A stretch of 64,000 nucleotides of DNA from Macrostomum lignano (taxonomy: Eukaryota). Of this stretch, positions 35,798 through 47,212 are shown piece after piece. The notes under the pieces were generated by a model. That model ran no database searches. It saw only the letters and a program-made list of their open reading frames with translations, and was not told the origin of the DNA. The stretch covers positions 1 to 64,000 of the forward strand of contig NIVC01000027.1 in the NCBI GenBank assembly GCA_002269645.1, in the 5' to 3' direction. Position 1 is the stretch's first letter; each line of letters begins with the position of its first letter. The translations under genes were made by a program, and so were the position numbers.

Positions 35798-37105
35798 CGA
35801 GAGATCCTATCAGTTCCCACAGGGTCGTAAAAAGATGACAGGTGCGGCCACAAATCACTCAAAATCGCAACAAAATGATTTATGACTTTTCGCGTAGGAT
35901 TGACAGAAATTAATGAAAAAATATACATTAGAAAGCTCTTATTAAATAGAAAGTGAAGATAATGAAGAGAAATCGCTAATCGCTAATCCCAAGGTACTTT
36001 TAGGGGTAAAACGCATAGCTGTCAAAGCTGTCACACGCTTGAGTGAATCCGAACAATAGGCTCTGACCTCATAAATCTTGATGGCCTGTCAAAATGATGA
36101 GAAAAAAGCTACCGCCCGCATCCTCTCAGACCATCTGGCGCCCGTCTCAACACTGAGTGAGGCGCAGGTGGCTGTCAGACCAACTTCGGAAGCGATGATT
36201 TACGACCCAAAAAGCTACGCCTATGTTATTATGACTACTAGTATGGCCAGACATTATATCTAGTATAGATCTTATGACAATTTGCAGAAAAAAGATAAAA
36301 AATGCCCCTTGCCCACTGTTAGTAGGCTAGTAAGTTTCGAGCCCATGTGCTAGCGCGGGATTTGGGAAAAAGTGCGTCCTCATTACATGTACAAACATTT
36401 ATTGTAACGCATGTATAGCGCCGCACATTAAAAAATTGAAGGACAGTTTGATAGCATCCGTCTGTTAACGAATGTTGAAAGTCTTTTGATTCGGAGTGAG
36501 TTGCAACGGATATGAAAGAAAATTTCTACTTGTAATGTTAATGGCCTATGGCAGCTAAGCTCGGCAGTATGTTCGTTATGACAAAAAATAGTAAATTTAA
36601 ATGTTTTATTTAAAGAAATAAGAACTTGTTTGTTGCCTGAAATTAGGTAACATTTATCTCTCACAGAGAAAGAAAAAAACAACTTTAGCTATGTATTTAT
36701 CGCACGAAATTGACTTTCCTCTCGTGTTTTTTGTATAAATGACCATTACCATTACCAATACGGATTCATACCTATGCCTTTTAGAGGAATTAATATTTAT
36801 ATGTTTACACAAATTATTTTAGGTCAAAATTTATATGTTCTCTTAAATGTATGTGAATTTTTTGTGCGCCTAAATTTTTACGCCAAAAAATGGCACGAAT
36901 TCGTATGCAGAATGTGTAGTGTAGTGTATACCAACTTTGACCTTGACTCTTTGAGACTGAGACTGAGTCTCTGAGACTAGTGATGTTAGGCCCTAGTCAT
37001 TTTTAACATTTGTACACAGGATATTTCTAGCATACATGTAACTTTCCTAATTGTGGCCTTTATGCTTGGAAATATAAAATATCATACTCTATAGGACTAT
37101 AGGCC

Positions 37106-37723
37106 CCATAGTCAGGAAGGTGTCCAGTGTACGCCGGAATGAAAATTAAGAAAAAATGTTGTGTACGCCAAAATTGAAAAGCCCTAAAAAAGCGCTTTTT
37201 GACGTACGCCAAAATTTGAATAGCCCAAAAAAGCGTACGCCAAAATTTGCAACTTAAATCTTAACTTACCTGTATGTCATCTGTTGTAACGTGAAGAAAT
37301 CTAAAATACTAAAGTAATTATTGTACAGAATTAGTTAATAAGTTAAAATAAATAACTGACTTACACAAAACTTTAGTAAAGTTTTGTTAACAATAAATCA
37401 GATTTAAAATTTACGTAATTTCAGCGTTTTAAAGATGAAAATAGATTTACCAATTCACTAAAATTGAACGATATACAATACTTTGTCGAAGTAATTGGGT
37501 TGTTTGCAGGTTTTTTAAACGTTTGTTCGTACGCCAATCACATGCAAATATTGTAGGCCGATTTTTGGACAGATTTTTGCATGCGAAAACTGTGTTGTGT
37601 ACGCCAAGAACTCTGTACGCCATTTTTCGGACCGCGTGTACGCGAAACTGTACGCCATTTTTTGGGGGGGGGGGCTGATGTACGCCGGAAAATTCCGGCG
37701 TACGGACACCTTCCTGACTATGG
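37106..37723. mobile_element. Non-autonomous DNA transposon (MITE) with 8-bp TSD
   Basis: TIR CCATAGTCAGGAAGGTGTCC(AGT)GTACGCCGGAAT at both ends; perfect TSD TATAGGCC (37098-37105 and 37724-37731). Confidence 0.85.
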
Positions 37724-38000
37724 TATAGGCCTACTGTTATGGCAGTCCTTAGCTTATAGCCTTAGCTGGAATTATCCTTGGACTTTTTCTTTTAGGCCTA
37801 TGCTTTTGCATTTTTAGTCTGACAGCCATAAAAATCTATATTGGGGCATTATGACCCTTGACCAAATTAAAAGCTAAAATCATTTTTATAAACAATACCT
37901 CAACCTATAGTATAGGTGTATAGCTATATTGGCTTAAATTCATTTTAGGAAAATTATTGGCCTAATATAATCTTTAAAAGTCTAGGGCCTGCATTATAAG

Positions 38001-38885
38001 CAGTGTTGGGTACCATTAATGAAAATCTTAACTTCTATTAATGGCAAAAGCATTAGCATTAAAATAAAAAATAGTAACTTAATAATTTTTAATTTTGTTA
38101 AGTTAACTAAAAGTTAATTGATAATCATTAATAAGCATTAATCCATTAAACTTAAAGTTAACATAGAAAATATAGAAATCTAGCACTTTTTACAAGACAG
38201 ACTTTACAATGCACTGTCTTTGCTTTGCAGCTTTTCCATCTTTTTAATAAAATATAGAGGTCATCTAAGTGATTTACAAGCTAAAAAGTGATAAATAATA
38301 ATTAAAAAAACGTGTACATATTATACTACTAAAAGTAAACATAGGCCTACTGTAAAAGAAATAACTTATTTATTTGAAACTTGAAGCTAAATAGTTAATA
38401 ATAAAATATGAATAGGAAAGTTGTTTTAGTAGCATTAGTAAGGCAGTAGGCATAGTAGAAAGTTACAAAAGATTAGAAAAGAAGTGAATAAAAACAATCA
38501 ATGCTCACACTCAAGCAATAAAGTTCACAATTGTAATTCATTTTTAAAGTTCATTAGTTAATAAGTTGTTAAATTTGCATGATCATTGTCATAAACAAAG
38601 AGTCAAAAGAGATTAATTAGGCATTTAGGTAAATTCAAACACATTTATAATGTTGTAACTTCTCTTCAGACTTATATTTTTTTTCTTTGCATCTTTGGTC
38701 ATTGACATTACCATTAACATTAATGATGAATTTGTCATTAACTCACAAAATTATTAACATAAATTCATTAATCTGTTAGTTCAAAAAATCCTAATGGCAG
38801 TCTATTAATGTTAATAAAAAATCTTAATGCTTATTAATGCTTATTAATGGATTCTTGCTTATTAATGGACTGGTGCCCAACATTG
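38001..38885. mobile_element. AT-rich hAT-like non-autonomous element
   Basis: Imperfect TIR CAGTGTTGGGTACC ... GGTGCCCAACATTG. Flanks ATTATAAG/ACAGTAAG are at best a decayed 8-bp TSD. An inverted partial copy lies at 41257-41404. Confidence 0.55.
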
Positions 38886-39172
38886 ACAGTAAGCAATAAA
38901 TATAAACAAGGAGAAAAAGGATAAAAGCTGTTCTTAGTCAGTTAGTTCACTATATAGCCAATAGGTTAATATAGAACAAAGTTATTAGATTGCAATAATT
39001 TTGAAATGTTATAAAAAGACTAAAGTCAAGATGCTTAGTTTAGTAAAATTCCTATAAATATTCAATTTAATTTAATACTTAAAACTTAAGCATTGATCTC
39101 TATTTTATAATGCGGAACCCTATTGGAATACAATTTCAGATCCAGCAGATGCGGAGCATAGGGTTCATACAT

Positions 39173-39328
39173 GCGCAACCTAGGGATTCGCCCGGCCATT
39201 TCTATTGGCGACACACACATGTAAGTCGCTATTGGCTGAGAGCAGTCACGTGCCTACTATTCCGTCCAATAGCAACTTACATGTGTGTGTTGCCAATAGA
39301 GATGGCTGGGTGAATCCCTAGGTTGCGC
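39173..39328. repeat. Long inverted repeat (63-bp arms, 30-nt loop)
   Basis: Arms 39173-39235 and 39266-39328 are reverse complements with 5 mismatches. Confidence 0.92.
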
Positions 39329-39636
39329 CCAAGCATGATAGGGTTAATAAATATTAAGCTTAGGCATAATAAATCTTATATATAAATATAATTAATTTTA
39401 CAATCCATAGTATAGCTTGGCACCCAGGGTCCAGATTGTTTAGTACTAGTATACATAGGAACAAGAATCCTATATCAGGTAAATGTAGGCCAGTATACAC
39501 CAAAAAACAAGCCCTAAAATGTAAGCCAAAAATTCTTCCTAAAAAGTCATTTAGTTTTCACAAGTTGAGTTTCCTAAGAAAGGCTTTTGTATGAAAAGTC
39601 TTTTTAAAATATTATAAATATCTTCATTTTAAACAA

Positions 39637-40422
39637 GGCTCATTCCATATAAGCATGGTCGTAACATGACAGGTTATTTTTACTTATAAAATGAAATCTA
39701 ATAATAGAATATACTAAACCAATATTTTAAATGAAAGATTATTTTGTCTAGAATATATTTATAGAGTTTCATATAGATATCATCATTAGTATAGATGCTA
39801 TTAAACCTTAAATGACACTTATGGTCGTAACGACAGGATTTTTGACATATAGAAACTAAAAGGTAAAAGTCTTATAACATTTTTCATTTTTGATATTTTG
39901 CAATACATTTTTTAAATTTGACTAAGAACATCTTTAGAAATCATACTCTTTTATTAGAATATATAAACTCAAAAGGCAACAAAGATACAAAAGAAAAGGC
40001 AGCCTTATGGTCGTAACATTATGGTCGTAACATATTTTTTTCTGTCAATTCAGTAACTTTGAGGTACTAATACATTAAAAATATAATAGATTATTTGGTC
40101 ACCAATGCTTTTATCTGATGATGCAAGTACTATACTTTTATCTATAGTTTGTTTCAACCTTCAAAAGCTTTCTATTTGTTTTTAAAAGGTACAAAATCTT
40201 AATGATGTCTTTTGCTTCGAAAAATGTCCAAATTTTTACAAAAATGACTTTTTGCCAATTGATAACATACTAATCCAACATTTTACCATTCCTTTATTCT
40301 TAGATTGTATATATTGCACAATATAAACATTTGGTAAAAAAATAGGCTAATTAGGCAATGGCAAGCAAAAATATTGACTTTTTTCTATTTTCCAAATATG
40401 TCCATCTTATATGGAATGAGCC
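39637..40422. mobile_element. Non-autonomous DNA transposon (MITE) with 17-bp perfect TIR
   Basis: GGCTCATTCCATATAAG (39637-39653) and CTTATATGGAATGAGCC (40406-40422), flanked by ACAA on both sides (possible 4-bp TSD). Internal ATGGTCGTAAC occurs four times. Confidence 0.8.
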
Positions 40423-41858
40423 ACAAACTTAAATTATACCTATAGAAAGAATGATGAAAAGTGTACGTTTTTAGCAATAAGTTCTACTATTTTTATTTAC
40501 TGTTAATTTTAAAGTAGCAAAAAGTTTATCATTGACTTTTTAGGCGTTATTCCTTTATTTTACATTCTTTACTTTACTTTATTTTATATTACTTTTTGGA
40601 ATCTGGCTTATTTTATATATTATTTTTATTGTTATAAAAATAAAGCAAAGAAGAACAATTTTTAACCATAATTAGTGTAGGTAAAACTTTTGTTTTAAAA
40701 GAATATACTATAAAAAGTAGGCATATTTTAAGCAGCTTTATTTTTATATCATTTTTAAAAAGTTAAACTGAAGTTGAGAAATTTTTATTGTAGCTCTTGA
40801 TTCTTAAATATTGAGTTAAGTCAAGTAGTTAATAAGAATAAATAGCAGTAAATGTCTTTCAAATGTTTCATTATATTTACATTTTATGTTTTTAAATTAT
40901 ATATTTATATTTATAGGTTATAACATAAATTATACATAAGCATTGCGCATAAGCATCACTTTGATTCATTTTCTTTTCTAATATTTTGTAACTTTCTACT
41001 GCACTTGCTAGTGCTATTGAATGAAATTTCCTGTTCATATTTTATTAGTAATTAATTAGCTTTCTAGTTTCAAATAAATAAGTTAGTTATTTTACTTTAT
41101 CTTTTCTTAGTAATATTTTTATACACATTTACTTTTAATTTGTTTCTTTTTAGCTTGTAAATTGCTTGGATGACCTCTCTGTTTTGGCTAAAAAGATGTT
41201 AAATGTAGTTTGCTATTATGAAGTTTGCTTTGAAAAGAAGGGCAAAATTCCCATACTTTCTATGTTAAGATTAATGTATTAATGCTTATTAATGATTATC
41301 AGTAACTTTTAGTCAACTTAAATGAAATTAAGAGTTAACAAGTTAAGATTCTTTGTTTTAATGCTAATGCTTTTGCTCTTAATGTAAGTTAAGATTTTCA
41401 TTAACAGTGGTTATTATTACTCAACTTGATCTTAGGTTAAAACTTTGCTTTGTTTTGGATTCTAAAACCTCATGCTAATATATAATACCTAATACCTAAC
41501 CTAATCGCTCATGATAAACCCTAACCCACTAGACAATAAAAAATGTGCAAACACCATAATAATGCTTGTGGAACTAAACTATAGATTCTTATAAATGAAT
41601 ATTCTATTTACACATCGGTTTATTTTTATACTGAAGACAGATTTTTGGTCCAATATGCCTATGTTCAGAAAGATTGTGTTTAGAAATTGATTGTTGCTTA
41701 ATTGACTTATTCTGTATTTGACCAGATCTAAGATCACAATCAATAGTAATTGTATTTTAATCATTCTACGAGTATTTCCAGAAACCAATCAGATATTACA
41801 GACAATATCAGTTATGCCTGCAGAGATTCAAAAAACTAAAAAGCCACTCGCTATAAAA

Positions 41859-43463
41859 ATGACTGAAGCACATTCTCTGCTAGAGATACAGCGCACAGCT
41901 GCCGCTGAAGCTGAAGCTAAATTAGTAGAAATAGACAGTCAGCTGGAGAAATATTCTGCACTGGAGAAGCGTCTTGCTGAAGTTTCAAGCAGATTTCGCT
42001 CTGAACAATTATTAACATTGTCGCCTGGTTGCTTAGCTAAAGGCACAGTGCTGCACTGTTGCGAAGTTACTATTCGACTTGGCTGTGACTATTATGCTGA
42101 GACTTCTGCAGTGAATGCATTGAAAATTGTTCAACTAAGATGCGATCGATTGAGAGCTAGCAGGAATTTGTTTCTGGTGCGTTCATCTCTTTGTTTCTTT
42201 TGTAATTTAGGGTTTAAAATAGCAAGCACAAGTTACTGCTAATATTAAATTCGTGGTCATCTGATCTGACTGAGTCATTCCTCTTGAAAATGGTAGATTT
42301 GGGCTGATATTAGGCAACGATGGCACCTCACTTGCACCTGACTTGTCCCGATTGGCCGAGCCCTAGCTCCTAACTCTCACTTCACCTTAAATTACATGTG
42401 TGCCATTTAAAAGTGGCTGGGTGATTCTGAAAACTGATCATGCCGCACAGGGAGCCCGAGAATTTCCAGAAGACAGATGTAGCTCACAGATAAACCCATG
42501 TATGTAAATATAAATAAATAACATACAAGCATTTAATATGCAGTTACCATCGAAACGTTTTGATGGGGTAAATCTTTTATTAAGACACTAAGCGTTGGGG
42601 GGGGCAATGCAGAAAAAATCTACCTCATGGCAAAATGACAAATCTTGGCGGACAATTCTCATGGACCCCGCCATACATGCATACTATTCTGACCCTTAAC
42701 TAGAATGCTGTGAAAACTCAGATACGTTAACTCAAGCGTAAACAATTAACAACACAAAACGCAGGCTCGCCAATCTAGCGCGATGGAGAACTGTCGCCTA
42801 CTAGAAGATCTAGGCGCCACAGAAGCTGGCGGCGATATTCGAGAACAGTGGACAAATGAATCTGAAGCCGATTGGGCTATCAAGCATCGTCAGGCAGTTC
42901 GACAACAGAAAATTGAAGAGCGAGAACAGCGAGTGAAAGATTGCGAAGCAACCGGTGCAGTTGATGATGCTAAGATTTGGGCCCGTCTCGACGAACTTGA
43001 GCTTCAAGAAGCGCTAGAAGAGCAAGGATTAACAGACAAGCCGATTAGTAAGTTGAAGTCAAGCAAGTCGGTTAGTTTCGCCCAGCCAGACGAGAATGAT
43101 AGTCTGACTTACCGGCCTAGCGAGCCACCTAATGCTGAAACTATGCGTCAGAGGACAATCAATTTTAGACACATTGGAGTAAGACTTGGTCAGACTAAAG
43201 CTGCCGACTGTGATGATGCTGACTCCCCTGGCGATTGCAGCGAAGCGTCAGTCGCGCCGCTGTACACTAGTCCAGCCGATATTGGTGCTCCTGAGCGGCT
43301 GAAACGACAAGCCTTAAGTCAGAGTCAAGCGCCGGCAGTTAAAGATCGAGTAGTTGAAGCCAATATTGCCACTGCTGCTAATGCTCATCAATCAATTTCC
43401 GAATCCAATAGCCAACGCCCAATGTCGAAATTTCGACAGCAACGTTTGTTAGGGAAACGTTGA
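41859..43463 (+). CDS. URI1: Unconventional prefoldin RPB5 interactor (URI1/Bud27-like); exons 41859-42176 and 42765-43463 (alternative in-frame ATG at 41814)
   Basis: Prefoldin-alpha segment 'YSALEKRL...LAKGTVLHCCEVTIRLGCDYYAETSAVNALKIV', then URI motifs 'DIRE...HR', 'IWARLDELELQE', 'DRVVE' and C-terminal 'MSKFRQQR'. The phase-0 intron CTG|GTGCGT...CGCAG|GCT joins the exons. AATAAA at 43586. Confidence 0.85.
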
Positions 43464-44033
43464 ACTGAGTGTAATTGACTGAATTGATTTATTTTTGTCT
43501 GTTAGCTACTGAATCCGTTGTATTTATGTAATTATTGGAGCGCATTTTAAGACGATTGAAACACTTTCTTCGTTGTTTGTTATTAAATAAATGTTAAGGT
43601 GATTGTGTTTGCTTTTTGAAAGATTTTCTTAGTTACTCTTTGTATCAATATTTTCCGCGATATAGCGTAAAAAAAGATAATAGTGCAACTTGTAATGACT
43701 CAGGAGTCAGGCAGTGTTTGTGGCGTTCAAGAAATAAGGTGTTCATCCTCCAAGTAGGGTGAGACAATATTTGTATGTTTAGAAGCGATCTGATTGCAAC
43801 GTGCACAAGAGCTGCGTGCCTTACGTACATAAGTTGAGTAGCAACATGTACTTACTAATACAATGTACAAGCTTGCACTGGCCAGAGTGGCATTACACAA
43901 CTTTACTAATAGCTCGTTTTAGTTGTAGCAAACTGCATTTTTTAGTTTATTGGAGTTTGTCTTGTATTATTAAATAGTTTTGTAACTAACTGTACAAATT
44001 TATCAAATCGATTCTTTCAGACGATGCATTCAA

Positions 44034-46100
44034 ATGGAGCTTAAAGTGCACTATCAAAAGTTACAGGAGAGATTTGGAGACAACGATTTTGTTAAAGCTT
44101 TAAACGAAGGCTACTGCACTCTGTCGGATGGCTTCCTTACTAGAGAAGTTCGTTTTGTGCTTCAGAAATGCTTGACTGCGGAATTTCTCAACAGCCTCAA
44201 TGAGCTAGACTTTAGCGATAGTTTCACTGCCGCCTTCATCTTTCAGCAGGACTGGCGTATAGGCGATTTTTTTGACAAGTTTAATTCCGAATTGAAAGCG
44301 TACTTCGACAAAGAAAGTACCATACTGTCCGGTATTAATCAAGACGGTGCGGAGAGCGAGGTGAGGCTCTACGAAGTTGAAGATCGGTATCATCGGTTGT
44401 CGAAGGAGTTTTCTAAGTACTATAGTCAAGAATTGGATGGAAGATGGAATTTTTTAAAACTGATTAACAATGTTTTCAAGTTCGAATCTCAGCTGTTAAA
44501 TTCGAGTCGCGACGAATTGCAAAGTCGATCAGCCAAGAAGAGGCATGTCTCATCCGCTCTGTCCAGCGATTCGAAAAGTCTTGTAGCTAGCAAGGTTGCT
44601 CGGCTGTGCGAGCCTTGTATGGTTGGCAGAGGCCCACAGCTAGAAAAAACGTTGGGTTACTTGAAAACTGTTTGCCTCACGCCAGACCGAGCTCAAAAGC
44701 AGATTGATGGAGTGTCAACTCTTGTAAATGAATTTCTTGCTTTGTCTCATCGCGTTTCTGCTATCAACAATTGCTTGGATTATCAGAATCTGTTAGAACT
44801 GGAGAAGAAAGCTCCATTGGAGCTTGTTTATCGGACCTGCTCACAGTTTGAGCAAAGTGGTATGCTTAAAAAGCTTGCAGACCCGATGAAGAAATTGCTA
44901 CACAACTCCCTAGTGATTGAGGAACATGCTCGAGTGGTCCGAGTCGGGTCTAGCACTGCTGGTAAATACTTAAAGCTCCGCGTGCGACCACTCTTTGCCA
45001 AGTTCTTCCAAGTCGTACTAGGCGTTGAACGCGACGGTGATTTGCGCATCGCTGTATTGTCTGCTAAGACTGCGCATAACTTTGAAGACTTGTCGATGGA
45101 GGCCTTGTGCAATGCGGAGCAGTTAACTAAAAATCTACTGGGTTCCAGCTCAATTGACTGGGATGGAAATACTGCCAAACTGTCGCTTCGCTTCGAAAAT
45201 CGGCCGCAGTCATCTAGCAGCGGATCAAAGCCTACTCAGGCCTTTGTACTTTGCGTATTTTTCTTGACGCAACCAAACCCAGGTGGACTGTTGCCGGAGC
45301 AAACAGTCGTCTCGTGCTTGTCCAAGCCAATCGTTTTCATTACGAACGACATCCAGCGCTCGGAGGCTACGGCCGCTATTGAATGGTACGCTTCGGATCG
45401 TCCAGTCTACCCAATAGTTGCCGGAGCTCCCAAGCCATTGACGCTTGATGAAGTAGTTTATCTAATCCAAAATTACATCCTTCGAAAAACTAAGCATCAA
45501 ATCAATGCTGATAGTATTGCGTACTTCCGTGAAAAATGCCGTCTATTGTTATCAGCCGGCGATAGAGTAGTATTTAAAGATTTTATTAAAAAACCTATCA
45601 TTGGAAGTGTGAGCAGTGGTGAGATCAAGCCTCGGTCACTGTGGGAATTCGCATTCTGTTGCGTGAATTTTGTCTCAAATAGCAAATATCTGTGCAAGGC
45701 GATGTTCTCTAACGGACTCGTGTATGGATTTGTAACGCGAGACAAAGCCGATGAACTCCTGAGATCGAATCCGCACCACCCGAACTCGCTTGCTCTCTTA
45801 CGGTTCTCAGAGACCATGGCAACCGTTACCGTGGCGATATGGCGTAACGGTGAAACAATGCACGAAGTGCCAAAGCCGAAGAAGCATTTTGACAATACTT
45901 CGGTGCCTGAGTTTTGTTACACTCCGATTCAACAAGAAAGCGTGCTCAAATATGACGGCACGTTCGCTACCCCGCATGAGCTGAGCTCGTACTTTCCAAA
46001 GGATAGCTATATACCTGGCTACGTTGCGATCAGCAGAGACATGGACTTATTAAGCCTTTGCAGCGGTGAAATACCTGATGATTATATTTTTAGTACTTGA
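44034..46100 (+). CDS. Divergent STAT-family transcription factor, 688 aa, single coding exon
   Basis: N-domain-like FLTREVRFVL; DBD end LSKPIVFITNDIQRSEATAAIEWY (cf. STAT LSLPVVVI..xSQ..ATATxLW); linker VVFKDFIKK...SLWEF; SH2 entry GLVYGFVTRDKADELL and LLRFSE (Arg590); tail GYV with Tyr663. Confidence 0.85.
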   Translation: MELKVHYQKLQERFGDNDFVKALNEGYCTLSDGFLTREVRFVLQKCLTAEFLNSLNELDFSDSFTAAFIFQQDWRIGDFFDKFNSELKAYFDKESTILSGINQDGAESEVRLYEVEDRYHRLSKEFSKYYSQELDGRWNFLKLINNVFKFESQLLNSSRDELQSRSAKKRHVSSALSSDSKSLVASKVARLCEPCMVGRGPQLEKTLGYLKTVCLTPDRAQKQIDGVSTLVNEFLALSHRVSAINNCLDYQNLLELEKKAPLELVYRTCSQFEQSGMLKKLADPMKKLLHNSLVIEEHARVVRVGSSTAGKYLKLRVRPLFAKFFQVVLGVERDGDLRIAVLSAKTAHNFEDLSMEALCNAEQLTKNLLGSSSIDWDGNTAKLSLRFENRPQSSSSGSKPTQAFVLCVFFLTQPNPGGLLPEQTVVSCLSKPIVFITNDIQRSEATAAIEWYASDRPVYPIVAGAPKPLTLDEVVYLIQNYILRKTKHQINADSIAYFREKCRLLLSAGDRVVFKDFIKKPIIGSVSSGEIKPRSLWEFAFCCVNFVSNSKYLCKAMFSNGLVYGFVTRDKADELLRSNPHHPNSLALLRFSETMATVTVAIWRNGETMHEVPKPKKHFDNTSVPEFCYTPIQQESVLKYDGTFATPHELSSYFPKDSYIPGYVAISRDMDLLSLCSGEIPDDYIFST

Positions 46101-46595
46101 CTTGGCTTATCAACAATGTTGAATCGTTTTAGTAAGCCTATTTTCGTATGAAAATTGTTTTACGAGCGTAAAAGGGTTTTGTAAATCGCATTGATGAGAA
46201 CACTTAAAAGTTGTGCATTTCTCTGCCTATATCTGCTCACAACCAAATTAACTCCAAGTCAGTTCAGAGCATACAATTGTCGACTCTTCGGGGTTTTTAA
46301 TATATTATTTTCTACGTATCAAGTCTAATTACGATTTTAATTTCATGAGTAAAACTACGAGTATTTCAATTTATTAAAAAACGGGCAAAAATAGAACCAT
46401 TAAAGTGTTATTCAATTTCCTTTTTCCAACAAAACCGAAGTGCAACTCTTTGTAATGTACTTTGCATGATTCATCATCACACTGTACTAATTTCTCATAA
46501 TCGTTCAAAACTGCCGTTGTGCCGTGGAACGGAGATCATGCTATTGTATATGTAATTAACTTGGCTCCTATTTTAAATTTCTATATGCTGCTTTT

Positions 46596-46775
46596 CTAAT
46601 CACGAATATCATCTTCTAATCACGAATATTGTGTTCTAATCACGAAAATTATTTAATCACGAATATCATCTTCTAATAGTAAGTATTATCTTTTAATCAC
46701 GAAGATACGGCTCGTAATTTTCTAATCACACGATTTTCTAATAACGAATATAACCATTTAATTTTCTAATCGCAA
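46596..46775. repeat. Degenerate short tandem repeat with TTCTAATCACGAATAT core
   Basis: About 7 copies of the TAATCACGA core visible. Confidence 0.7.
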
Positions 46776-47212
46776 ATATAAAATCCTAAATACGTTTTTT
46801 TATCTTGGTTCACACTTCGCAAAAAACTGAAAAAGTCTTAACTTAATCCGATTGCCCAGTTAACTTATGCCCCCTCCACTTGTAAACTGATTGGTGCTTT
46901 ACAACTTTTTTGAATTATACTTAAAAAACTTTATTACCAGGGACTAATAAGATTCTTATCGTTCTTATCGACTGTCGTATCTAAGAGTTGTTTTATTTTA
47001 ATATATTCAATTCTAATTACGACATATGACATACGATGCGAGTGATACTTTATGCCTGCTACCTGTCGTTGGTGAAATTTTCTTGCGTTTTCTAAAAGTT
47101 TTTTGTTACATTCTCAGGAGTTATTTAATTGAAGCAGTTTAGACTAACTTTTTACGAGCTAGTATATTGGAAGTGCTCGGGGTTAGGGTTTCGGTATAAC
47201 TTAATACTGCCC

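Noticed and set aside
41516-47191. Telo-box/telomere-like AAACCCTAA at 41516 and TTAGGGTTT at 47183
   Set aside because: Isolated 9-mers are expected by chance in 64 kb of AT-rich DNA.
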